Of a DNA stretch of 64,000 nt, positions 42,158 to 54,255 are shown piece by piece (the first letter of the stretch is position 1; each line of letters starts with the position of its first letter). Location: positions 69,812,001-69,876,000 of the forward strand of contig OX597820.1 of assembly GCA_951406725.2 (NCBI GenBank), given 5' to 3'. The notes beneath the pieces are model-generated. The model searched no databases. It was not told the origin of the DNA and saw nothing but the letters and a program-made list of their open reading frames with translations. The position numbers were made by a program, and so were the translations under genes. The stretch is from Octopus vulgaris. Lineage: Eukaryota.

Positions 42158-42482
42158 ACCCCCTTCGGTCATGAATGACCATGGGATTGCACCTAGAAAG
42201 TTACCCTCCTAGACACAAGTCCGGGCAAGGTTGTTTTTATGGAAGACCAGCAGTCGCTCATGCATACCAGCCTCCCCTCTCCACGCCACCAGTGTTATCC
42301 AAGGGAAAGACAAAGGTCGATACACCTTGGCACCAGTGACGTTGCAACTCATTTCTACAGCTGAGTGAACTGGAGCAACGTGAAATAAAGTGCCTTGCTC
42401 AAGAACACAACACGCAGCCCGGTCCGGGATTCGAGCTCACAACCTCACGATCGTAAGCTCGACGCTCTAACCACTGAGCCAT
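42155..42482 (-). mobile_element. tRNA-derived SINE family C (variant 3, different 3' tail)
   Basis: A box TGGCTCAGTGG and B box GCTCGAATCC; same middle as variant 1; tail ends CCCATGGTCATTCATGACCGAAGGGGGTCTT into (TA)n. Confidence 0.85.
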
Positions 42483-42944
42483 AATCCACAACTTAACATG
42501 AACACAGCATAATATAGAACACTACTAGCCTTAACAATAATGCTACTAACACCCATAAATTCCTTATACCATTCATATTACACTATTATATCGATCCTAA
42601 TTGCACCAAGTCTAGAACTACTTACCTCCCTTACACAATCTTTTTACTCAGGGAATAGTAGACCCAATACCGTTTGATAATCGGTACGCATTGAAAGCCA
42701 GTGAACAGCAATAACGACACCAGTTTGACTTTGAATCTCTTTAACAATTCATAATAATGACTTCTATTCCTCTTAATTCTACCTCAGTTCATCTAGTTGT
42801 ATTTATTGCTACTTTTCATTAAAAAGCCATTATTTTTTTTATATTCAATGTACATTTTCGCTTTTTTTCTTCTTACTATCCCCATATCTTTTTCACGTGT
42901 AGTTTCTATTTTCTTTTGAAACATATTTCTATTATATATAATAA

Positions 42945-43191
42945 ATGCGCCCTTTTAAAGCCTAACCAGGCTCATGGGCCCGATTTCCCAGTTTCAATGG
43001 CGCATGTGTTCCCCAGCTGGATGCGTCGCCAGTCCATCGCAGCGTTACTCATTTTTGCCAGCTGAGTGGACTGGAGCAACGTGAAATTAAGTGTTTTGCT
43101 CAAGAACACAACACGTCGCCCGGTTCAGGAATCGAAACCACAATCTTACGATCATGATGCTGACGCTCTAACCACTAAGTCACGCGCCTCC
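42945..43191 (-). mobile_element. SINE family C variant 1
   Basis: Reverse complement aligns along its full length to 31446-31692. Confidence 0.9.
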
Positions 43192-43200
43192 ACACACAAA

Positions 43201-43264
<64 letters not shown>

Positions 43265-43861
43265 CAGGGAGAGAGGGTGAGTGAGTGAGTGAGTGAGTGA
43301 GTGAATGAGAGAGATAGTCTAATAAGATGGCGTTGACGTGTGATAAAATCTGGTATAGTACGCCTACTAAATTCTTGCGATAGAGTACATTCATTATATT
43401 ACTGATATAAGGATTCGTTTATTACTAACTATAGAGAAACATAAATAAAGTGCCGTTATTCTGGATTGGTACATGATAATGCATCCTTCACTAATAATTC
43501 TCTGTCATAAGAACGTGTTCTTCCCTGACAACATCTACTTGTACATTCAGGAAATTTGTTTTCTTCCAAGTCTGATAACTTTTGAAATATATAAATTGAA
43601 GTATTAATGTTGTAGTCTACTCGTGTTCAACAAAAGCCTCATGATTCATGTTAAAGGTGAAGCCAAATTTATCAAAGGGAGCCTATATCATTTGACATAA
43701 AGAACATATTTAGTATGCATAAATTGCACCTATAAATTTGCATCATAATACATAAAAATACATTTGACGTGTATGTGCTGTTTATATTTCAGTTTAATGT
43801 TTGTCTCTCTGCTTCTCTACTTATGTGTCTAAATCCACCTCCTATCTCTCGTTCTTTCGCC

Positions 43862-43904
<43 letters not shown>

Positions 43905-43907
<3 letters not shown>

Positions 43908-44098
43908 GGAAAGTTTACGAAAAAACTAAAGACGAAGACAGGTGGTGTACAAAACAAACAGATGTATTAGTATAACGCTCAGGAATAGAAAAAAGTCTTT
44001 TACGTTTCGAGCCTACACTCTTCTACAGAAAGGTACACAGAAAAAACAAGGAGAGAAAAAATGTGTGTAGTGGCTAACGATCTATCATGGCGTCTTCT
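43905..44098 (-). mobile_element. (TA)n-embedded ~200-bp repeat with a minimal HHR-like motif (copy 2)
   Basis: Minus strand CTTT CTGTAGA AGAGTGTAGGCTC GAAAC GTA AAAG (43997-44032). Confidence 0.75.
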
Positions 44099-44157
44099 GA
44101 CCATATATATATAGGTATGTATATATATATATATATAGGTATGTATATATATATAGG

Positions 44158-44197
<40 letters not shown>

Positions 44198-44200
<3 letters not shown>

Positions 44201-44612
44201 GTAGGAGTGGCTGTGTGGTAAGTAGCTTGCTAACCAACCACATGGTCCCGGGTTCAGTCCCACTGCGTGGCATCTTGGGCAAGTGTCTTCTACTATAGCC
44301 CCGGGTCGACCAATGCCTTGTGAGTGGATTTGGTAGACGGAAACTGAAAGAAGCCTGTCGTATATATGTATATATATATATGTATGTATGTATGTGTGTA
44401 TTTGTGTGTCTGCTGTGTTTGTCCCCTAGCATTGCTTGACAACCGATGCTGGTGTGTTTACGTCCCCGTCACTTAGCGGTTCGGCAAAAGAGACCGATAG
44501 ATTAAGTACTGGGCTTACAAAGAATAAGTTCCGGGGTCGAGTTGCTCGACTAAAGGCGGTGCTCCAGCATGGCCGCAGTCAAAATGACTGAAACAAGTAA
44601 AAGAAAGAAAGA
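44198..44612 (+). mobile_element. SINE family B, full-length reference copy (tRNA-like head, CORE-like segment, internal microsatellite, LINE-like tail)
   Basis: GTGGCTGTGTGG (A box), GGTTCAGTCCC (B box), CTTGGGCAAGTG (CORE-like) and tail GGCGGTGCTCCAGCATGGCCGCAGTCAAAATGACTGAAACAAGTAAAAG. Confidence 0.9.
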
Positions 44613-44641
44613 AAGAATATATATATATATATATATATAGG

Positions 44642-44732
<91 letters not shown>

Positions 44733-44961
44733 ATACACGTATATATATGTGTGTTTTGTAGGTATGTATGAATATATTAATGTGATTTTTGCATCAAGTG
44801 ATACTTAAAAACAAACATTAAACAGAAGTATTACTGAAGAATTCTTTTTAGTAGAATACATGTTTATTAAAAATTTATAAGAAGAGGTGTAACAGTCTGT
44901 AACTATCGTCATCTCTCTCGGTTTCAAAAAGAATATACATAGTACATATATATATATACAC

Positions 44962-47607
44962 TCGAACGTGGAGTGTGACACACTCATAGTGCATTTAAAG
45001 CATCTTGATATAGTGATATGCACACTATATCACCCACCTGATGCCTCAAATCATGATGGAAAATTTGAGGAAAGCCTCAAAGCGATAAAGGGAGTACTAA
45101 CACATGTGGATCAACGTACTACTATTTTCCTGATGAGTGACTTCAACTTACCAAACATAACGTGGCCTGAGGGTAATATAACCCCAGGAATGACGCACAA
45201 AGAGCGAAATCAAACAGAATCTCTAGTTGATCTTACGAAAATGCTGTTCATGGAGCAGATCATACTCTCTTCAACCAGGCACAAAAATATCCAGGAAATC
45301 ATTCACAAGGTAAATATTTCACCGACAATATTTTCAGACCATAGCATCATAGAATTGACAATGTATGGCGCGGAATTAACTAAAGATAAACTACGCACAG
45401 ATGGCGCTCAACACCTATCCAGCCTAAATTTCTATCTGGCTGACTGGAAATCACTTGCAAAACATACTTGAGCAGGACTGATCTGCAAGCTATCTATGCA
45501 AGGCATAGATATGAAACTTAATAAATTCGTGTCAATAATGCGAGCCATATGCATTAAATATGTCCCAGAGAAGAAAGCCAATACGCACAAACACATCATT
45601 ACCCCAGACAGGAGAATACTCATGCGGCGGAGAATAAAGATCTCGAATCGTTTAAATAAACACCTTAATGACAATGCGATATTCCACCTGATAGAGGAAC
45701 ACTTCAAGAGAGAAAATGAACTCAAAATCTCCCATGTAAAAGAAAGAGAAACCTGGGCCGTTGAAAGTATAAAAAGAAATACTAAGGCCTTCTACGCGTT
45801 GGTAAAGGGGTTAGTAAAATGCCACTATTTGGTAAAAACTGCTCACTAACCAGGGAAGATAAGCGAAGCACTGAATAAACAATTCTAAAGTGTTTTCACT
45901 TCTTCAGTGGAAAATATGTAAATAAACCTGCCTGAGGTGTTTTTCAACGTAACAAATCTATTCGGAAAAGAGGTAAGCATCGATTACATCAACATAATAA
46001 AAGAGGTCATTGATGAGTTGAGATCAAACTCAGATGGACTCCCGGCTGTTCCCTTAAATACATGTAAAAGGCTCTTGCAAAGTCACTGCAGATACTCTTT
46101 CAGAGTTTCCTTGCATGTGGTAAACTTCCCAACATGCTAAAAGAGGGTATAATATGCCCTGTCTATAAATGAGGGAGCAGAGCAGATGCTCAAAAACTAC
46201 AGGCCCATCTCTCTGACCTCACATGTTAGCAAGACAATGGAACGCATTGTCAGAAAAAAGGCTGATCACGTTCCTAGAAGAAAACAACGTTCTCACAAAT
46301 ATGCAACATGGCTTCCGTCCAGGAAAGAGCTGCCTCACACAGCTGCTGCAGCACTTTGACTGAGTACTGAAGCAACAGCTAAACCAGTCAGCTGTAAACG
46401 TGATATACCTCGACTTTGCCAAGGCCTTCAACAAGGTTGATCATAGAATGATATGTCACAAGCCGCGAAACTTTTGTATTACTGGAAAACTGGGAGAGTG
46501 GCTGCGTGATTTTCTGAAGGGCAATGGTGCTCACTCACAATTCGCAGCAGAGTTACAGAGGGAACTGTACTGGGACCACTGATATTTGTGGTGGCCCTCT
46601 CAGACATTCCTTTTGCGGTACAGTCAGCCAATCTGACAAGTTATGCTGACGACACAAAAGTATCACAGGCAGTTAGGAAACCAGAGGACATCATAAAACT
46701 GCAGAAAGGCCTGAATGAAATATACAAATTGGCTAACAAGAATAACATGCAGTTCAACGCTAGGAAATTTAAGGCACTCCACTATCGGCGCAACACCAGG
46801 CTAAAATCGAAATACATTGGACCAGAAGTTAATGCGATCCCAAGGACAGAGTCGGTGCTTGACCTGGGGTTTCACATGAGCAATGATTCAACATTCCATA
46901 CACACATTATTAAGATGGCAACACTGAGCAGGCAAGTGGCTGGATGGATTCTGTAGACATTTAGAACCAAGAAACGGGAGGCCCTGCTACTCCTATAGAA
47001 GACTTTCATTCTCAGCTGTTTGGACTATTGCTCCCAACCATGGTCCCCAGTGGTTGTGAAATAAACTGTGGGACTCAAAGCAATCCAGCGCCAATACACA
47101 AAGAAGATTGACTCGATGCAAAAGTTGGGCTAAACTAGCAGAGTATCCGTTCCCTAGAGAGAAGACGAGAGAGATATGCGGTGACATATATTAGGAAGAT
47201 CTTGGAGCGGTTAGCTCCCAATTCTGGAGTTGAGACCTATACCAAACCTAGAACTGGACAGCACTGCATCATACCTAAGATCCAGTCTTCCCCATCTAAA
47301 GTAAGGACACAATACTGCAATAGCCTGGGTTTCAAGGGCCCTCAATTGTTTAGCATCCTGCCAAGCAACATTAGAGATCTACATGTTGTTGATGTGGAAG
47401 TTTTCAAGGAACGTCTGGACAGGTTTCTATCTGAGATACCAGATGAACCCACATTGCAGCAGGAGACGCACAGAAGAGTAGCTCCGTCCAACGCGCTATT
47501 TCACCAAAAACATTACCGGAAACAACACCCAGTGACTACGGGTGTTGTACCAGCATGACCTCAGCCCCGTGCTGAAACCAGTAAAAAATAAAAGATAAAA
47601 GATAAGC
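44962..47607 (+). mobile_element. 5'-truncated LINE (CR1/Jockey-group-like), ORF2 APE+RT pseudogene
   Basis: APE motifs YHPPD, (G>S)DFNLP and SDH; NYRPISLTSHV; QHGFRPGKSC; YLDFAKAFNKVDH; GTVLGPLIF; YADDTK. Many stops and frameshifts; ends in a (TAAAAGA)-type tail. Confidence 0.92.
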
Positions 47608-47657
47608 GCATACATGTCCATATTTGTGAGTGTGTGTGTGTATATATTCTTTTATGC

Positions 47658-48075
47658 TTTTACTTGTTTCAGTAATTTGACTGCGGCCATGCTGGAGCAC
47701 CGTCTCTAGTCGAACAAATCGACCCCCCAACTCATTCTTTGTAACCCTTGTACTTATTCTATCGATGACATTTGCCGAACCGCTAAGTTACGGGGACATA
47801 AACACATCAACATCGGTTGTCAAGCGATGGCTAGAGACAAACACAGAAACACACATATCACACACACACACACATAAATATATATATATACCACGGGTTT
47901 CTTTCAGTTTCCTTCTACGAAGTCTAATCACAAGACTTTGGTGGACCCGATGCTAAAAGAGGGTATAATATACCAAGCACATGTTTTGGGGTTCAGTCAC
48001 AAGCAGTGTGGGACTGAACCCGAAACCATGTGGTTGGTACGCACGCTTCTTTCCACACAGCCATACCTGCTTCTG
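47658..48075 (-). mobile_element. SINE family B
   Basis: Tail, body and head are recognisable, with an unrelated segment at ~47950-48000. Confidence 0.8.
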
Positions 48076-48076
48076 C

Positions 48077-48146
<70 letters not shown>

Positions 48147-48637
48147 ATATATATATCTATATATATATGTGTGTGTGTGTATATATGTATGTATGTATGC
48201 ATAGATAGATAGAGAGATAGATAGATAGATGCATGATAGATAGATAGATAGATATTACATGACTTCAACTTTGTTACTTACCAACGTGATATTTCTGAGA
48301 TGAATCTTCTGCGTGTCTTTGTAGCCAGTTAAATTAAAGATAACATGTCACATAATATATTAATAATATACATATTTATATCAAGAATATGCTTGTTGTG
48401 TTACTACAGAAAAGATACAATGCACGCCAAAATTATTTTCTATATTTATTCCGTATATTTATTCTGCCTTGTTTAAGACTAACTTCATGGTTTGATCATA
48501 CTTCCCCTCCATGGATCATTAGTGAAAGCGTTATTACGTGTTACTCTCTATGTCTTCGCATATATGGCCTCGCGCCGACCAAACCCTTCTGAGTGGATTT
48601 TGTAGACGGAAATTGAAAGAAGCCCATCGCATATATT

Positions 48638-48861
48638 CTTTTATTTGTTTCAGTCATTTGACTGCGGCCATAATGGAGCTCCGCCTTTAGTCGAACAAAT
48701 CGACCCCAGGACTTATGCTTTGTAAACCTAGAACTTATTCTACCGGCCTCTTTTTGCCGAACCGCTAAGTTACGGGGACGTAAACACACCAACATCAGTT
48801 ATCAAGCGATGGCGATGGTGGGGGCAAACACAGACACACAAATACATACATGCATACATAA

Positions 48862-48931
<70 letters not shown>

Positions 48932-49117
48932 AAATATATATATATATAGATATATACGACCGCTTTGTTTCAGTTTCTGTCTACCAAATCCACTCACAAG
49001 GCTTTAGTCGACTCACAGCTATAGTACAAAACACCTGCCCAAGGTGCCACGCAGTGGGATTGCACCCGGAACTACGTGGTTGGTAAGCAAGCTACTTACC
49101 ACACAGCCCCTCCTAGG

Positions 49118-49118
<1 letters not shown>
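48638..49118 (-). mobile_element. SINE family B, full length with expanded internal microsatellite
   Basis: Collinear with the reference copy; preceded by a plus-strand fragment at 48565-48630. Confidence 0.9.
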
Positions 49119-49187
<69 letters not shown>

Positions 49188-49462
49188 TAAAAACGGTAAG
49201 ATAACAAAAGAAAGAAAGAGACCTCAATATTATGTAAATAGAGGAAATTTATCAATAAAATAATATGTTACATTTACTCAATAGTCAAGATAAAACTCTG
49301 AGTTTCAGATGCCGAAGTGGAAATCCACAACACCATCTCTTCGGTTATCTGGCCATCTGAAAAACGCTATGAAAAGATACCGTTATATAAAGGGAAATTA
49401 CTGTGTTATAATTCTGCTCGCGGACCCACGTCACTATGAAAACGTACACATCTTCACTCGCA

Positions 49463-50162
49463 ACAGTAAAGAAGAGGAAAAATAGAAATAGGAAGATCAT
49501 CTGGTTTACACCCCCTTACTCATCCGAGGTGACCTTCAATATAGGTAAATATTTCTTAACACTGATAGATAGACATTTTCCAGTTAACCATACTTATAGG
49601 AAACTCTTCAATAAACACAATTTAAAAATTAGTTTTAGTTCTACTACCAATTTTAAAAATATAATCACACATAACACACAAAAACAACAACAAGAAAACA
49701 GCTGTTCATGCAGGAATAAAAAATTGTGCCCGCTAAATGGAGCTTGCATGTCCGAGACCATCATCTATGAAGCTACCGTGGACTCTATAACCACTAAAGA
49801 CACCGTTTCGACGAAGAAATACGTGGGCCTTACAGAGGGTAATTTCAAGGCCAGGTTCAATAACCACACCTTGAGTTTTAGGCACTGGAACAAAAGAAAA
49901 GCGACAAAATTATCTAATCATATATGGCCTTTAAAAGATAAAGGTGTCGATTATAACATCCATTGGAAGATTTTGGCCAAATGTAAGCCCTACACCAACG
50001 GCAGCTGAAGGTGCGGTCTATGCGACATGGAGAGATGGCTTATCTGGAAAAGCAGCTTAGACCCTACTACATGTCTAAACTCAAGGACAGAACTTTTCAG
50101 ATCATGCCCATATGTGACTAAATTTTTGTTACGTTTTTGGTCCCCTAAAGAAAACAGATAGA
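49463..50162 (+). pseudogene. PLE ORF C-terminus: RT thumb, CxC-x5-C linker and GIY-YIG endonuclease (Hydra-clade-like)
   Basis: RKIIWFTPPYS...CSCRNKKLCPLNGAC...IIYEA...YVGLTEGNFKARFNNH...LSNHIW. The frame continues past the TGA at 50006 as RCGLCDMERWLI...LNSRTELFRSC to a TAG at ~50162. Confidence 0.88.
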
Positions 50163-50848
50163 GCTTGCTTTCTATATTATGTCCCAAAAAGTTTTTTATC
50201 TCATTATACCTTTTATTATTTCATATATATTTTTATATTTTCACACATTAATTTTTTCTGTACTTTTCTATCCTGCATTTTTTCCTGTGCCTATATAGAT
50301 GTGTATATAGATTCATGTGTACACGTGTGTGAATATGTATGAGAGGGCAGTTTTAGATGTGTGCGTGTGTGCGAGCATAAGAATGCACATATATATATAG
50401 ACGTTTTTACTTAGTATTTTTCCATTTTTTTTTTGGCGGGGGGCATATGTATATTCATTTTTTGTATATGCGTGTGTATGTATGCGTATATAAATATGTG
50501 CGGGTATGTACATATGGGCGTGTGTGTGTATGAGTGCATAGGGGCATGTCCATATATGAACGTGGTTTTTATGCTTTGTATACTTCCTTATGTTTTTTTC
50601 TGTTACCTTTAACCATGGTTTTTCTTGTGCTTGTGCGTATATAGACGTATGTATGAACTTTTACGGTACGCATGTGTGTGTGTATGAGTTTGTATATAGA
50701 TGCGTATATATTTGCCGAAAAATGCGAGTGAAGATGTGTACGTTTTCATAGTGACGTATAAGTACGCACGTGGGTTCGCGAGCAGAATTATAACACAGTA
50801 ATTTCCCTTTATATAACGGTATTTTTTCATAGCGTTTTTCAGATGGCC

Positions 50849-50911
50849 AGATAACCGAAGAGATGGTGTTGTGGATTTCCACTTCGGCATCTGAAACTCA
50901 GAGTTTTGTCT
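50849..50911 (+). ncRNA. variant type I hammerhead in the PLE terminal repeat (second copy 49288-49350, minus)
   Basis: AGATAA CCGAAGA GATG...CATCT GAAAC TCAGAG TT TT(A/G)TCT. Confidence 0.65.
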
Positions 50912-50967
50912 TGACTTGAGTAAATGTAACATATTATTTTATATATTTATATATATATATATATATA

Positions 50968-51576
50968 TAAGAAATTAAAAAAGGAAAATACACACGCTTT
51001 ACATAGTTTTAATATAATTTTTAATATATCGACCGGTTTCGCTTTCGCTATTCATGATATTATGGTTTACTTATTTGAATATGTATTTTCATAAGAAGAA
51101 ATTTTTGTCCATGTTGTATGTAATGATATTTACGAATGAATGACTTCACGATTACATCACTGTACATAAATCACCTCACAAAAGTTTTTCGAAACCTTTT
51201 TTTCTGTCTGTATATATATATATATATATACATAACAATTTTTTCGAAACCTTTTTTTGTCTGTGCATATATATATATATATATATATATGTATATTCCC
51301 CTTCCCTTACCGAAAGCAGAACATTTATCTCCCTTGCCTACAACAATAACAATAATAACGATAACCAATTACCTCCCCTTATTTCTGTACATGTAAAGTC
51401 ATTCACTCGGAAATATCATCACACACAACATGGGCAAAAATTTCTTCTTAAGAAAATACATATTCAAATAAGTAAACTATAATATCATGAATAGCGAAAG
51501 CGAAACCGGTCGATATATTAAAAAGTATATTAAAACAATGTAATGTGTGTGTATTTTCCTTTTTTAATTTCTTATA
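50968..51576. repeat. ~200-bp-arm inverted repeat flanked by TA tracts, with an HHR motif in each arm
   Basis: Arms ~50968-51171 and ~51381-51576; the spacer holds two copies of TTTTCGAAACCTTTTTTT..TCTGT. Confidence 0.9.
51482..51516 (+). ncRNA. minimal type I hammerhead with A3-U8 core (identical copy 51026-51060, minus)
   Basis: ATATC ATGAATA GC GAAA GC GAAAC CG GTC GATAT. Confidence 0.7.
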
Positions 51577-51634
51577 TATATTACAACTCACCACGTGGGG
51601 ATAATCGAAATTCCTTCTTTACTGTTACTACTAT

Positions 51635-51665
<31 letters not shown>

Positions 51666-51894
51666 ACTTCGTGTCATTACTTTGTCCAGTACCACTGCTT
51701 GACAACCGGAGTTGGTGTTGTTATGTCTCCGTAACTTAGAGGTTCGGGAAAGCGACCGATGAAACAAGTACCAGACTTAAAGAAGACGAAGACGTTAAGT
51801 TCTAGGGTAGAGTCATTCGACTAAATTTTTTTTATTAGCTGCACCACAGCATGGACGAAAGAAATAAAAGGTAAAAGGAAAAAGAATGGATGGA

Positions 51895-52130
51895 CAAGGT
51901 TCCTTCACGGGTCATATAGTCCCATGGGTTAGGTTTCCCGGTTTCTGTGACGTATATATTTCCCCCTGGATGGGACGCCGGTCCGTAGCACGAATGCGCA
52001 TTTTTGACGACTAACAGGACTTGAGCAACGTGAAATGATGCATTTTGTTCAAGAATACATTACATCGTCCGGACCAGAAATCGAAACCTCAATCTTGAGT
52101 CCAACACCCTAACCACGAAAACACGCACCT
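51895..52130 (-). mobile_element. diverged SINE family C
   Basis: GAGCAACGTGAAAT, AATCGAAACC, TGGATGGGACGCC and GGTTTCCCGGTTTC modules. Confidence 0.7.
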
Positions 52131-52384
52131 ATAATAACAACATCAACCTAACAGCACAGAATGTCAACGATGGTGCACACATGTGGTCACTTTATATGGT
52201 AGAAACGGTAGACAAAACTTCCTGTACTAATACTCGACTGTGTTATGAATACACGAATGCCCCATGCGTGCATGTGTGTGTATTCAGATACGCACTTATA
52301 CACACACGCACGCACACATTTATATATATATATATATATAGAAATGTCCCTATGTATGTGTGTATGTGTGTATGTGTCTAACTC

Positions 52385-52416
<32 letters not shown>

Positions 52417-52547
52417 CGCGCGAGTTTTAGTCGAGATATACTGCCTCGGGGAATGTAGATAAGAATTATGTCGGACGAAACGAAAATTATTATTAAAAGA
52501 TAAATGAAGAAAAAATAATGGTGCAAAATAAAATATTCGAAATCAGA

Positions 52548-52579
<32 letters not shown>

Positions 52580-52872
52580 TGTATAATGGACCATGATAAA
52601 TAAGCCAAATCACTGATAAGATTGCATATACAACATATCTAAAATTATAGAATATTATATGCTAGTAGTAAGTGGCTTATCATAGGTATAGCCATGTGGT
52701 TAAGAAGTTCGCTTCTCAGCCAGATGGTTCAGGTCTCGATTTCAAAACATCTGTACAGCACCTAGAATAAAGGACATTTACTCTAGTATCAGAAGGCCAT
52801 GAGAATGAAATTTCTAAAGAAGTGACTATACGGCACCCTGTCATACCAATCTCATCCCATCTATCTATCTAC

Positions 52873-52923
<51 letters not shown>

Positions 52924-52953
52924 CCTATCCATCCTATCTATCTATCTATCATA

Positions 52954-52988
<35 letters not shown>

Positions 52989-53020
52989 ATATATACTTTA
53001 TTTTATATATATATATATAT

Positions 53021-53146
<126 letters not shown>

Positions 53147-53394
53147 CGTAGGAATGGCTTTGTGGTAAGTAGCTTACTTACCAACCACACGGTTCCGAGT
53201 TCAGTCCCACTGCATGGTACCTTCCGTTCCCCGCTCGTCTATGCGCCGGGGCCGCCAGCGACAGGCCTGCGCCAGTGGCCGAAAGGCTGTCACGAGATCC
53301 ACGTGGTCGATTCCGCGACGTGGTACGACCCGTAAATTCACGTAAAACATCCGTGAGTTATCAGAAAATGTGCAGATTAGTTACGGTTCAGTTC

Positions 53395-53720
53395 AGTCCA
53401 TTATCACTGAAGATTTGGGTACGAGACATGTGCCTGTCAAGTTTGAGCCAAAACTGCTTTCAGCTGACCAAAAACACATTCGGGTTTCAATTGTACAAGA
53501 TCTTGATTGTATCGAGAACAATAAAAAAATTTTTGAAAACTTTTCGTAGGCCTCTGAGCAGGTATTGCCAAGCTTTTGGCAAAATTTGATGCAGATCCTC
53601 TGTTCAGCTTTCTCTGTCATTGTCAGTTCGACGATCACACGCTACACACCTTCCTTTCCAAGCACTGTTGTAAACAGGGGAAGTGAGCTAGAACTTTAAA
53701 CTTAGGGCGCATGTGCAACA
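53395..53720 (-). mobile_element. mariner 5' fragment, same family as 29232-29747
   Basis: MTEKAEQRICIKFCQKLGNTCSEAYEK; shared non-coding CGCTACACACC...GAAGTGAG.TAGAAC.TTAAA. Confidence 0.7.
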
Positions 53721-53926
53721 GCGTGTATATAATATACTGTTTTGTGATACCAAGATCAGCAAAAAAAGGACTCCATCTTGTGAGAGCTAAATATTATTTA
53801 ATATACACTATACTTGTTTTTATGAAACTATTTATAGTACATTATAACATACACTGTGTCTATTAAATAATATATGTACATAAATATACATATATATACA
53901 CATATATATACACGTCTCTTTTACAC

Positions 53927-54120
53927 TTTTACTTGTTTCAGTCATTTGACTGTGGCCACGATGGAGCACCGCCTTTAGTGGGGCAAATCGACCCCAGGAC
54001 TTATTCTTTGGAAACCTAGTACTTATTCTATCGGATCTTTTGCCGAACAGCTACTTTACGGGGACGTAGACACACCAGCATCGGTTGTCAAGAGATGTTG
54101 AGAGGACAAACACAGACACT

Positions 54121-54156
<36 letters not shown>

Positions 54157-54163
54157 AACATAC

Positions 54164-54209
<46 letters not shown>

Positions 54210-54255
54210 GACGGGCTTCTTTCAGTTTCTGTTTTACCAAATCCACTCACAAGTT
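53927..54255 (-). mobile_element. SINE family B, 5'-truncated
   Basis: Collinear with the reference body and tail. Confidence 0.85.

Larger units (their letters stand above)
49183..50942 (+). mobile_element. 5'-truncated Penelope-like element with an inverted copy of its 3' terminal repeat, inserted in (TA)n
   Basis: GIY-YIG coding segment. 49255-49462 is the reverse complement of 50723-50942 apart from a ~16-nt indel. Both arms contain an HHR motif. Confidence 0.9.

Noticed and set aside
49436-49462. ATG start of the 190-aa ORF
   Set aside because: MKTYTSSLA comes from the inverted terminal-repeat copy, so it is a junction artefact.
50006-50008. In-frame TGA as selenocysteine (some Naiad PLEs encode selenoproteins)
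   Set aside because: It falls at the basic residue of GS(K/R)RC rather than a Cys position. CGA/AGA-to-TGA decay is simpler, and I recognised no SECIS.
53222-53300. HDV-like ribozyme on the minus strand (GGCC...GCCTGTCGCTGGCGGCC)
   Set aside because: P1 is only 4 bp, and no P2 partner or J4/2 motif was found.
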